64,000 bases of DNA from Bdellovibrionales bacterium (GTDB taxonomy: Bacteria; Bdellovibrionota; Bdellovibrionia; Bdellovibrionales; UBA1609). Of this stretch, positions 56,101-64,000 are shown in pieces. Numbering within the stretch: the stretch's first letter is position 1; every line of letters begins with the position of its first letter. The stretch covers positions 1,736,737 through 1,800,736 of the forward strand of contig OZ251471.1 in assembly GCA_965242635.1 (NCBI GenBank), read 5' to 3'. The position numbers and the translations under genes were made by a program. The notes below the pieces were generated by a model. It had not been told where the DNA came from and did not search any database. It saw only the letters and a list, made by a program, of their open reading frames with translations.

Positions 56101-57771
56101 CTATATAGCCCTTCCTCCAAAAGAATACTGACAGCTCACCACAGGTATTCCTTGTTTGTCAAAATTTATATCTTTAATGCTGATAATGCCTTTTTTCAAA
56201 AGGTTTCGGGCCTCCTCTCTGAGAGTGTCACTGTCTTTAAAGCCAGAAAGGGCAATGGCAGACTCGAGCATGTTTTGTCTTCTTGGACTTTCTGGATCCA
56301 TCAAAGTCCAAAGCCGCATTGCTAAAAGTCTGTGTTCATTATCTGCCGGATCGATATCATTTCTTGGCTCCTTAAAAAAGGCCTCTAACGCATTCTCGTT
56401 AAAGGACATGCCGTTGATAATATCTGTAGCTAAAGCCCGGTGGTAAATATAAGAAGACTTTTCCAGACTGTGAAACAAAACAGCCAAAAACTCCCGACTA
56501 CTGGGGGCTTTTCCAATCAGATTTTTCAGATGTTGTATCCTGTGTTGTGGATTGACAGCGAAGTGAACGGCACTGCCTCCCCATGCAGTTCTACCATTCA
56601 AATGGAGTATGGGCGGCAGGTGAACTGTCAGGTTTTCCACATGTTCAGCAACAGAAGGAGGAACACGAAAGAGATTTTTATCTTCAGGTAATGTTATTTC
56701 CACTTTGTCAGCAGGATTATCAGCAGTTTTGCCAACTTGTTTTGGTGCCTTTTCAGGCTCAAATACTCTTGCCATATTATCGGTTATCCTAATCAATCTT
56801 ACCACCATTTCTGTAGGACCACCTCTATTATAAATCTTTCTGAACTTACGATAAATTTTAATATTTAATGGACGAATTAGCTGAATTTCTTCCAAGGTCC
56901 TCAAAGCTATCTCTGCACGCAAATCAAGTCTGATTTCGTATTTATCTGTTGCAGACATAACTATCTTTGCCAAAAATAAATCAAAATCAGGATACGAAGG
57001 GTTTAAATTAAACAGAGCACGTAATGTGACTTCAAACATCTCATATTTAAAACTACTGCTTGAGAGAAAGTCTCCTTCTACCATTTTTTTCATAATATCA
57101 AATATGATTTTTTGAAGTTCAAAATCTTTTTTCCCTACAGGAGGTCGTATATCTGCCAGGGCATACAAAGCCATCTTGGCCTCTGGAGTTATTGTCGGTG
57201 TTTTGTTTTTGGAAGGGAATGTTTTACCCATTATACTGGTTGGACCTGTTATATTGGAGGAATCTGGAACATTCAGAGCTTGGTGTATTCGACTGAGGAG
57301 GAGGGATTGCAAAACAGGATTTTGAATCATATCAGATACAAACACCACTGAATTGGTCCGCACCCGATAACCTGCTATATAGTTGTTAGGCTTCTGTCCT
57401 CTGTCCTCTACACTGGTCTGCACCTCAGAATCTGCTATATAAAACAAAGAGTCCACAAAAACCTCGATCATAAAACGGCTCATTTCATTGTCATTCCTGT
57501 TGATATAACCCACAATTTCATCCAACTCCTTTTTAGCTTTTAAAGAAGGGTGTTGGACGTCTGTTTTAAGAGGAAAAACCTGATCCAATAGATCTATGAT
57601 ATAGGCTTTTATCTTTTGTTTATCGCTCTCTTTTATGGTATAGTGGCGATCATTCACACCCAGCTTGTCCAAAACAGAAGGTGTGGCGACAGCTTGATTT
57701 GTTTCCTCTGAGGGAATATTGGCAAAGCCATAAAATCCAGCAACCAATCCCAAAATAATTATACTGATCAT
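56101..57771 (-). CDS. Membrane-anchored or exported protein of unknown function (~556 aa)
   Basis: Start at MISIIILGLVAGFYGFA (signal/anchor), immediately after the repeat element. No family recognised. Confidence 0.6.
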   Translation of the reverse strand: MISIIILGLVAGFYGFANIPSEETNQAVATPSVLDKLGVNDRHYTIKESDKQKIKAYIIDLLDQVFPLKTDVQHPSLKAKKELDEIVGYINRNDNEMSRFMIEVFVDSLFYIADSEVQTSVEDRGQKPNNYIAGYRVRTNSVVFVSDMIQNPVLQSLLLSRIHQALNVPDSSNITGPTSIMGKTFPSKNKTPTITPEAKMALYALADIRPPVGKKDFELQKIIFDIMKKMVEGDFLSSSSFKYEMFEVTLRALFNLNPSYPDFDLFLAKIVMSATDKYEIRLDLRAEIALRTLEEIQLIRPLNIKIYRKFRKIYNRGGPTEMVVRLIRITDNMARVFEPEKAPKQVGKTADNPADKVEITLPEDKNLFRVPPSVAEHVENLTVHLPPILHLNGRTAWGGSAVHFAVNPQHRIQHLKNLIGKAPSSREFLAVLFHSLEKSSYIYHRALATDIINGMSFNENALEAFFKEPRNDIDPADNEHRLLAMRLWTLMDPESPRRQNMLESAIALSGFKDSDTLREEARNLLKKGIISIKDINFDKQGIPVVSCQYSFGGRAI

Positions 57772-57891
57772 GTTTGAAAATTTACAGCTCAAGTTTCTCT
57801 TATCAGAAAAGAAAAACTCACGAGCGGCACCTTTTTCAAAAGGCAGACCCCTCGGGGCAGGTTCTGCCTGCCCCGTGCCAGTTTGGTTTAA
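57769..57891 (+). repeat. MITE-like element, long form with a GC-rich hairpin insert
   Basis: catgtttgaaaat...ggcacctttttcaaaa[ggcagacccctcggggcaggttctgcctgccccgtgc]cagtttggtttaa. Confidence 0.85.
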
Positions 57892-58030
57892 AAGTTTTTG
57901 GCCTGATCGCAGGCATTTAAGTTTGAAGTTCATTATCATCTCCTTTGTTTGACCTTGTTACACACAAGGTTCATTTGTTCCAATATGTTCTGTTCTTGAC
58001 CTAATATAATAAAGTCAACTTAAGTATACT

Positions 58031-58153
58031 CTTGTTTGAAAATGCCTGTTTCACATTTGCCTTGTGGGAGGAAAACAGCCCAAAAGTAGCACCCTTTTCA
58101 AAAGGCAGACCCCTCGGGGCAGGTTTTGCCTGCCCCGTGCCAGTTTGGTTTAA
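58031..58153 (+). repeat. MITE-like element, long form, second tandemly placed copy
   Basis: cttgtttgaaaat...gcacccttttcaaaa[ggcagacccctcggggcaggttttgcctgccccgtgc]cagtttggtttaa. Confidence 0.85.
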
Positions 58154-58485
58154 CATTTATTGTTCTGTTCAGGACAAACTATATGATACCTACACAAAAG
58201 TCTACAAAAAAATAATAAAAATTCTCTAAAAAGACAAAAAATCGTGTAAATTTTACACCTTTTTACACTGTTTAACTTGAAAATTCTGGCAGAGGTACTA
58301 AAAATAACCAGCAAACCACCAAAAACAGAGCATTTTCATGCTATATAGTGTCATTTTAACAGCTTTCAGCTCCTTATCAACAAAAACATCAAAAAACCCA
58401 CTATACGGGTTTGACAGGCTGTTTTGTGTCCAACCCATCTTAAGTGGGTAGGGGTGGATTTGGTCGTTGATGAGGTTTTTTGTTT

Positions 58486-59628
58486 TCAGACTGTCAGAAA
58501 GTTTTGGCGAAACAAAGAAAAGGGCCAAATTTCAATGCCGTCCTTTTGAAGGTGCAAGTGGCCTGAATACACCAAGATTCTTTGTTTCACTCCCTTGAGA
58601 TCGGCTATCGCTTTAAGCCCTTTTAAATCCTCTGGCCGAACTCTTTTGGCTGTTTTAACTTCTATGGCTGTCAATTCAGATCCTTTTTGTAGAAGAAAAT
58701 CAACCTCCACATTTTTCGCCGTGCCGGAGGACCAATAGTATATGTCATCAAAAGCCCCTTCATATTCCATCTTCATCTTGAGACACATATAAATATAAGA
58801 TTCAAAAAGAGAGCCTTTCTCCATTTCAGAAACAGGCCCGGTGTGTTTTCGGGCAGAGCGAACAATACCACAATCGATCCAGTAGATTTTGGGATGCTTT
58901 TTCTCACGCACCCTGAGTTTTGGTGAATAAGCTGGTAATTTGTTCAGCAGTAAAGTGTCTTCCATAATATCCAAAAAGCCATTCACAGTGGAGCGGGACA
59001 CCCCTGCGTCCCGGGCTGTGGCAGACACATTCAGAACTTGCCCATTATAAAGAGCCAACACAGGGAGGAAACGGGAAAAACCAGGTAAATTCCTGACCAA
59101 AGCTTCTGCTTTTATCTCTTCCTTGAGATACATTTGCACATAAGAATTAAGTGCCTTTTGTTTTTCTTTTTGATTTTGGATCAAGGGCATGGTCCCAAAG
59201 CGAAGGGCTTGGTTGAGATTAAAATCAGCAGACAACTCTTTGGCTGTAAAAGGGTACATAAAATATCGATCGGCCCGCCCGGCCAACAAGTTTACTCCAG
59301 AGGCTCTGAGCTTTCGGGCACTGGAACCAGTTAAAGCAAATTGCAATTTCTGGCCCTCTATCAGCCGGTGCACTTCATTCAAAAGGTTGGGTAGCCGTTG
59401 AATTTCATCCACCACAACCCATGTCTGGGGTTTGAGCTGTTTCAGGCTATGGTAAAACAGGGAAATGTCCTGCAAATAGCTTTGGTAAAGGGCTTCATCC
59501 AGGAGGTTAATCACCTTGGCTTTTTTGAAGTGCTGGCCAAGCCAGGTGCTTTTGCCTGTTCCTCTTGGCCCCAACAGGAAAAAAGACCGCTTGGGCACTT
59601 TTAAAGATCTTGCATACATTGAGGTCAT
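58486..59628 (-). CDS. COG1373-type ATPase (AAA plus DUF4143-like), paralogue of 19890-21050
   Basis: Walker A GPRGTGKST, VVVDEIQRLPNLLNEVHRL, and a C-terminal VEVDFLL...AIEVK motif. Confidence 0.8.
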   Translation of the reverse strand: MTSMYARSLKVPKRSFFLLGPRGTGKSTWLGQHFKKAKVINLLDEALYQSYLQDISLFYHSLKQLKPQTWVVVDEIQRLPNLLNEVHRLIEGQKLQFALTGSSARKLRASGVNLLAGRADRYFMYPFTAKELSADFNLNQALRFGTMPLIQNQKEKQKALNSYVQMYLKEEIKAEALVRNLPGFSRFLPVLALYNGQVLNVSATARDAGVSRSTVNGFLDIMEDTLLLNKLPAYSPKLRVREKKHPKIYWIDCGIVRSARKHTGPVSEMEKGSLFESYIYMCLKMKMEYEGAFDDIYYWSSGTAKNVEVDFLLQKGSELTAIEVKTAKRVRPEDLKGLKAIADLKGVKQRILVYSGHLHLQKDGIEIWPFSLFRQNFLTV

Positions 59629-59631
59629 TTT

Positions 59632-59707
59632 GCACGACTTTTTGACGACAAGCAAGTCATTTTTGAAATCCCTGACTTTGGGGCAGGTGCCAGTGGTTGT
59701 CTGAGGT
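59632..59707 (+). repeat. ~75-bp direct repeat, copy 2
   Basis: See 56026-56100. It begins 4 nt upstream of the ATPase start codon. Confidence 0.85.
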
Positions 59708-59812
59708 GGCCCTGAAGGCTTTTGAAGGGCTTTTGAAGGCTTTTGAGGGCTTTTTTCAAGCTCAACAAAAAATCAGTAAATTATCCCCCTTATGTAAAAT
59801 TTACACCCTTAT

Positions 59813-59920
59813 ACTGATTTCCAGTTTTATAGGCTAATTCCTGAATGGTCACTTTGGAGTGATTCGCTATAAAACAGAGGATTGTCTCCCCAGTTTTCTG
59901 TATTATTTCATACCTCTTTA
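59813..59920 (-). pseudogene. Orphan ~110-bp duplicate of the 3' part of the 60010-61440 gene, lacking the 12-bp tandem repeats
   Basis: actgatttccagttttataggctaattcctgaatggtcactttggagtgattcgctataaaacagaggattgtctcc-cagttttctgtattatttcatacctcttt matches 60127-60310 minus six repeat units. Confidence 0.75.
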
Positions 59921-60009
59921 AGGTATCTTGCAAAAACCAGTTATAAACACTCCCAATAAGCAAGTTAGAGGTTCATTTTTCAGCAAAGATATGTGATCTG
60001 AGCCTTTAT

Positions 60010-61440
60010 TTATGGATCCTTTTTTGGCTTTTTTATTATTTGCCAATGACCGCCTTTAGCCGGGCCTATTCGTTTTAAGTCACCTGTTTTTTTTAGTTCC
60101 TGTAATTGCCATTCAATCCCTTTGATACTGATTCCAGTTTTATAGGCTAATTCCTGAATGGTCACTTTGGAGTGATTCGCTATAAAACAGAGGATTGTCT
60201 CCCTAGTTTTCTCCCTAGTTTTCTCCCTAGTTTTCTCCCTAGTTTTCTCCCTAGTTTTCTCCCTAGTTTTCTCCCTAGTTTTCTGTATTATTTCATACCT
60301 CTTTTTTGGAGAAGATATCTTGCTTTTTATATCCGATTCATGGTTTTTGAATTCCACACAAATATCTGTTTTATAGCCCCATATCTTAGGCCCTGATGTG
60401 CCATGTGCCTTACAGTCTTCCTGCATTTTTCTAATTCCTCGTCCCCATGTTTCAATCATATTGGCTAAAAAGAAGATCTTGGCTATGTCTGGATTATGGG
60501 GCCGGGATTGGTGTTTTGATTTCATATTTTTGACTGTCCAGCCTTCAGGCAAACGGCAGGTATTCCAAAACATAATTTTATGGTCATAAACACGAATTTG
60601 AATAGGACCTCCCGTGCTATAATCTCTATGGATCACAGCATTTAATAGGGCTTCCCTCAAAGCACTTTCAGGCACTGGATATCGCTCCATTCTATATAAT
60701 CCTTTATAGGAAATAAAAGCTTTTAAGTATTTGGTTAAAAGTAATTCCATTGTTTTTTCGATTTGACTGAACAAATCACCATGTATTTCATCATGGTAAC
60801 GCACTTCTGTTTCTGTTTGAAAGTAACCAATTTTAATATAAGCCCCTGTGACATACATTTCCGGATCAGGGTGGAACAGCAAAACAGCTGATCTTTTAAG
60901 GGCTCTGCCTTCTGTTAATTTCAGCTGTTTTTCCATAAGAGTTTTATTGGTTTCTTTCATCACTTTAACCGGCAATCTTTTGCTTTCCACAGCTTTTTCT
61001 TTAAATTCAGAAATAATTTTGGAGTCAAGAGAGGATAAAGAAGAGTTTAGCACAGACACTCCATCCCAGGTCTGGCCTGTTTTATTCAACAGGAAGTGAT
61101 GAAGGGCAGGGCCTCTTAATTCTTGATTTGTGCTACCACTTCTATAGTAAAAATTTCCTTTATAATTGATAGGGTGTTTATAGGGTTTGATTTTTACTAC
61201 GATGAGGCTTTTTCTCTGTTTTTTTATATGATCTATTTCAGGGATGATGCCTAAAATATCTCTGACTTTGTTTGGCAGGTCTTCCAACAGTTTTGTGGCT
61301 TTGGTGACTCCAATAATTCTGCCTTTGTCATCTCGTCCAATTTCCAACACTCCACCTTGGGCGTTGGCAAAGCCACAAATCCACTTAAGGTACTCGTCCC
61401 GCCAGGATTCTTTCCATTCTGTATATTTATCTTCACTCAT
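60010..61440 (-). CDS. COG2865-type protein: AlbA_2/Schlafen-like N-terminal domain, HATPase_c_4-like middle and C-terminal wHTH
   Basis: The N-terminal ...EWKESWRDEYLKWICGFANAQGGVLEIGRDDKGRIIGV is the typical AlbA_2 (divergent AAA/Schlafen-like) opening. Middle: REALLNAVIHRDY. C-terminal HTH: VTIQELAYKTGISIKGIEWQLQELKKTG. Confidence 0.75.
   Translation of the reverse strand: MSEDKYTEWKESWRDEYLKWICGFANAQGGVLEIGRDDKGRIIGVTKATKLLEDLPNKVRDILGIIPEIDHIKKQRKSLIVVKIKPYKHPINYKGNFYYRSGSTNQELRGPALHHFLLNKTGQTWDGVSVLNSSLSSLDSKIISEFKEKAVESKRLPVKVMKETNKTLMEKQLKLTEGRALKRSAVLLFHPDPEMYVTGAYIKIGYFQTETEVRYHDEIHGDLFSQIEKTMELLLTKYLKAFISYKGLYRMERYPVPESALREALLNAVIHRDYSTGGPIQIRVYDHKIMFWNTCRLPEGWTVKNMKSKHQSRPHNPDIAKIFFLANMIETWGRGIRKMQEDCKAHGTSGPKIWGYKTDICVEFKNHESDIKSKISSPKKRYEIIQKTREKTREKTREKTREKTREKTREKTRETILCFIANHSKVTIQELAYKTGISIKGIEWQLQELKKTGDLKRIGPAKGGHWQIIKKPKKDP
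60199..60282. repeat. Perfect 12-bp tandem repeat (ctccctagtttt) x7, encoding (KTRE)7 in the linker before the C-terminal HTH
   Basis: Seven identical units, in-frame. Confidence 0.9.
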
Positions 61441-61444
61441 GGTG

Positions 61445-62254
61445 TCATCTCTTGTGTTTATTATTTGGTTTTTTGTTGTATCCTGGTGTTAATTTTAAAT
61501 CAGCTATTTGAGAAACTTCTTTAATATTTTCTAAAATATATTGGTACTGTTTTCCTCTTAAGATGAAATTCGGTGAACAATCAATATTCCAAAGTTGAAG
61601 AAAGTATCCTGCCATAGCAGATCGAATTTTAATATTGGAATTGATATTATGAAAATTTGATGCATTAGTTGGGTGTGACTTTATTTTTAAATTAATAAAT
61701 GAATGCCACTGTTTATCTTTATTTGGATGTTCATGATTTTTTATGACATCTTTTTTAATGGGCATAACCTTTAGAATTCTTCTCAGAACAAAGTCAGTAA
61801 ATTGGTTTCTTTTTCTATCGTATGCACGTAAATGCCATCTAAGATGAGTGCTGGCAAAGGCCACAGGGACAATTTGTCTGGTACTTATCTTACCGGATAG
61901 AGAAGAATAAGTAATAGTCAGAGCATATACTCGTTGGATAGCTCTTGATATTATGGCAACCTGAGCAATATCATTACTGTCAATCGAGTTATATAAGGAA
62001 GGAATGGTATATACAGGCATAAGTTCATATAAAATATGATTGTTAAAAATTGGTGTGAAAGACTTACTGATTTCATACCTCTTAAGATTTATATTATAAT
62101 CAAGATTTTTGGGAGCTTCTTTATTATATTGGGATAGTATATTTGTGGCAGATGCTGGAGAAATATTAAATTTATTTATAATATTTTCTCTATTTACAGT
62201 GCCATAGAAATAAGCAAAAAACTCAATAAATTCCATTATATTTTTATTTTTCAT
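61445..62254 (-). CDS. wHTH plus WYL-domain regulator (BrxR/CapW-like)
   Basis: The N-terminal FYGTVNRENIINKFNISPASATNILSQYNKEAPKNLDYNINLKRYEIS is HTH-like. Central ITYSSLSGKISTRQIVPVAFASTHLRWHLRAYDRKRNQFTDFVLRRI is a WYL-type motif with RWH in place of WYL. The start overlaps the upstream stop (ATGA). Confidence 0.6.
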   Translation of the reverse strand: MKNKNIMEFIEFFAYFYGTVNRENIINKFNISPASATNILSQYNKEAPKNLDYNINLKRYEISKSFTPIFNNHILYELMPVYTIPSLYNSIDSNDIAQVAIISRAIQRVYALTITYSSLSGKISTRQIVPVAFASTHLRWHLRAYDRKRNQFTDFVLRRILKVMPIKKDVIKNHEHPNKDKQWHSFINLKIKSHPTNASNFHNINSNIKIRSAMAGYFLQLWNIDCSPNFILRGKQYQYILENIKEVSQIADLKLTPGYNKKPNNKHKR

Positions 62255-62808
62255 TTGTTACCTTTTTTTATATCCATCAAAGACATTTCATCAATTTGTT
62301 TGGATTTTAATATATATATTTTAAATTTCCTTTTATATTTTAAGAATTTATTATTTGGAATTTGTTCTGTATTATCCATACAATTATTGTATTTTTCTTG
62401 CATATTTTGCATTTTCTCATCTGCTACATTGGTTTCGTACTGATGAAGTAGTTTTTCCAGAAAATCTGCTTTTCTTAACCAATTTCCCCAAATAGCTACA
62501 GCCACTTCATGCCTTGAAATTTTACAAGTCCAATGAAATATTGTATGATCCAAAGTTTGTAATATCGTGATCAATAGAGGTAATATCCAAATTAAAATAA
62601 GTATATAATCACCTGCTAATACTTTTCTATAATAAAGGTTAATCAATGCAACAATTATCACAGATGATAAAAGAATTATACATTCTTTTATATTTCTTAA
62701 TGCAGTGTATTTTGTCTTTAACTCTGAGTGAGAGTAACGGCATAATTCAGCTTTGCCTCTCAATTTTTTGAGAATTTTTTGATTTGATTGAAAAGTATTA
62801 TTTTGCAT
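62251..62808 (-). CDS. Two-TM protein, SLATT-like effector candidate
   Basis: A ~40-aa helical N-terminus, then two adjacent TM helices (CIILLSSVIIVALINLYY and YILILIWILPLLITILQTL), then a soluble helical C-terminal part with conserved Trp residues. Confidence 0.5.
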   Translation of the reverse strand: MQNNTFQSNQKILKKLRGKAELCRYSHSELKTKYTALRNIKECIILLSSVIIVALINLYYRKVLAGDYILILIWILPLLITILQTLDHTIFHWTCKISRHEVAVAIWGNWLRKADFLEKLLHQYETNVADEKMQNMQEKYNNCMDNTEQIPNNKFLKYKRKFKIYILKSKQIDEMSLMDIKKGNK

Positions 62809-62811
62809 TTG

Positions 62812-63702
62812 TCAAATAACCTTTGGGCTTGGTTTAACAACAGAAACAGTACTTTTTAAAATATCAAATGTTAATTCTTTATCTGGAAAAACTCGAGCAA
62901 GAGCTTCTGGGAAAAATCGTAGACGAAAATCTGAAAATGTATAACTATTATCTCCATGGTATCCATCGACTGAAGTCATAGATGCCAATTCATCTAAATT
63001 GTCCTTTGTTAAGGGTATCCCCTGAAGATCATGTTTTAATAACTCCAAGCATTGTTTTTTGTCAGGTCGTGAAAACTCTATATGTAATGTGGCTCTTCGT
63101 ATGATTGCATGATCTATAACACTTGCTCTATTTGTGCATAAAAATACAACAGCTCGTCCTCCAGCTTGACGAATTTCATCAATCTTTTGTATTAGTGTAT
63201 TTACAGCTGATTTTTCTTCTTGGTGCATCTGTTCAGTGGATCGAAGTGAAGCAACAGAATCCGCCTCATCTATTAATAAAAAAGCAAAACGATTTTTACC
63301 AGCCTGTGTTTTTAAATTTTTAAAAGCATCTTGAATTAGTTGATTCATTTCTCCATGTAATCCTTTGCCTCTTACCCGTGTACTTAATTTCAATAAAAAC
63401 CCATTTTTTTTCATATCTTTTGTTAACTTGTTTGCTGAACATTCAGCTGTGATAGTTTTTCCTGTGCCAACATCTCCACTAAAAAGGAACAGTGGGTACC
63501 TATGCTGAATGATATTACATAATGGAATAATTTGTTGATAATGTATTTTACTCCATTCATTTACACTGTCAGGTGCCAACATTATCATTAAATGTTTTTT
63601 TAAACCCATGTAATGATTATCAAAACCAATTAGTGTTTTGGCAATATTTTCCAGTTTAGGAGATGGAAGTTCTATTTGAATATCAAAAATATCAGGCGAC
63701 AT
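62812..63702 (-). CDS. Classical-clade AAA+ ATPase (single module, ~296 aa)
   Basis: Walker A GDVGTGKT, Walker B FLLIDEADS, sensor-1 FLCTNR and arginine-finger region HAIIRR. Confidence 0.8.
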   Translation of the reverse strand: MSPDIFDIQIELPSPKLENIAKTLIGFDNHYMGLKKHLMIMLAPDSVNEWSKIHYQQIIPLCNIIQHRYPLFLFSGDVGTGKTITAECSANKLTKDMKKNGFLLKLSTRVRGKGLHGEMNQLIQDAFKNLKTQAGKNRFAFLLIDEADSVASLRSTEQMHQEEKSAVNTLIQKIDEIRQAGGRAVVFLCTNRASVIDHAIIRRATLHIEFSRPDKKQCLELLKHDLQGIPLTKDNLDELASMTSVDGYHGDNSYTFSDFRLRFFPEALARVFPDKELTFDILKSTVSVVKPSPKVI

Positions 63703-63712
63703 TATTGACCTC

Positions 63713-64000
63713 CTATAGACTCACAAAAGTTTCTCTTTGTAAGCCATAACTGTTGCTGACATAGGTTCTATGGCTTTCATGTTGCATTCCATAGTAATTA
63801 GTTGATGAAGATGAGGGCCCCCAATTTATTTTGAAATTTTGATTTTGAAATATTCTTTCCTCTTCTTGAATACTGGAAAATTCAACAATTATATGTAGTC
63901 TGCCATTAGGGAGCTTTGGCCATCTGTTTGCCCCAGGTCTTTGGGAATTTGATAGTGAGTGTTCTCTTACAGAATATCTATGCACTTTTATCCGATTTCC
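63713..64000 (-). CDS. 3' part of an ORF that continues beyond the right edge of the window (function unknown)
   Basis: The frame stays open from 64000 down to the stop at 63713. The track 'M' at 63985 is an internal GTG. 10-nt gap to the AAA+ gene. Confidence 0.5.
   Translation of the reverse strand, partial: GNRIKVHRYSVREHSLSNSQRPGANRWPKLPNGRLHIIVEFSSIQEEERIFQNQNFKINWGPSSSSTNYYGMQHESHRTYVSNSYGLQRETFVSL

Overview
64-kb window from a Gram-negative bacterium (TolB, beta-barrel OMPs and Nuo subunits are present). GC is moderate and the sequence is unusually repeat-rich. No rRNA and no CRISPR array were seen.

Housekeeping backbone: guaB; rpsL-rpsG-fusA; an ftsQ-like gene; nuoB-nuoCD; ychF; a GHMP kinase; icd; an S8 protease; zapA plus 5-formyl-THF cyclo-ligase; rny; tolB; a topo-VI-B-like GHKL ATPase; a eukaryote-type AdoMetDC-speE-HNH operon; one tRNA(CAU); a YbgF-like TPR protein; proS.

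Five accessory blocks interrupt this backbone:
(1) 2.2-7.0 kb: an OLD-family nuclease plus UvrD helicase pair (Gabija-like), with a truncated Rpn-type nuclease gene, bracketed by a shared direct-repeat motif between guaB and rpsL.
(2) 13.6-21 kb: two tandem modules, each a COG1373 ATPase plus a lipoprotein with a variable C-terminus. One lipoprotein is split by a complete IS630-family element. A second IS copy ends at bases 1-45.
(3) 32.8-42.3 kb, between rny and tolB: a dRS3/NIME-like hairpin repeat array, a ~1318-aa SIR2-fusion protein (DSR1-like), a GmrSD-type DUF262/DUF1524 gene with one in-frame stop, an Rpn-family PD-(D/E)XK nuclease and a small NPPF methyltransferase.
(4) 56.0-59.7 kb: a third COG1373 ATPase plus exported-protein module, flanked by 75-bp direct repeats.
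(5) 60.0-64.0 kb: a visibly AT-rich, tightly packed five-gene minus-strand cassette. It encodes a partial ORF, an AAA+ ATPase, a 2TM SLATT-like protein, a wHTH-WYL regulator and an AlbA_2/Schlafen-HATPase protein. I rate this the best candidate for an undescribed system.

Several families of short structured repeats (MITE-like, or flanked by palindromes) are scattered through the intergenic regions, and one copy lies in-frame inside a coding 5' end.

CDS coordinates follow the supplied ORF track, with starts refined by arithmetic. Coordinates of repeats and motifs were read by eye and may be off by 1-2 nt. All homology calls rest on motifs I recognise in the translations; no searches were run.
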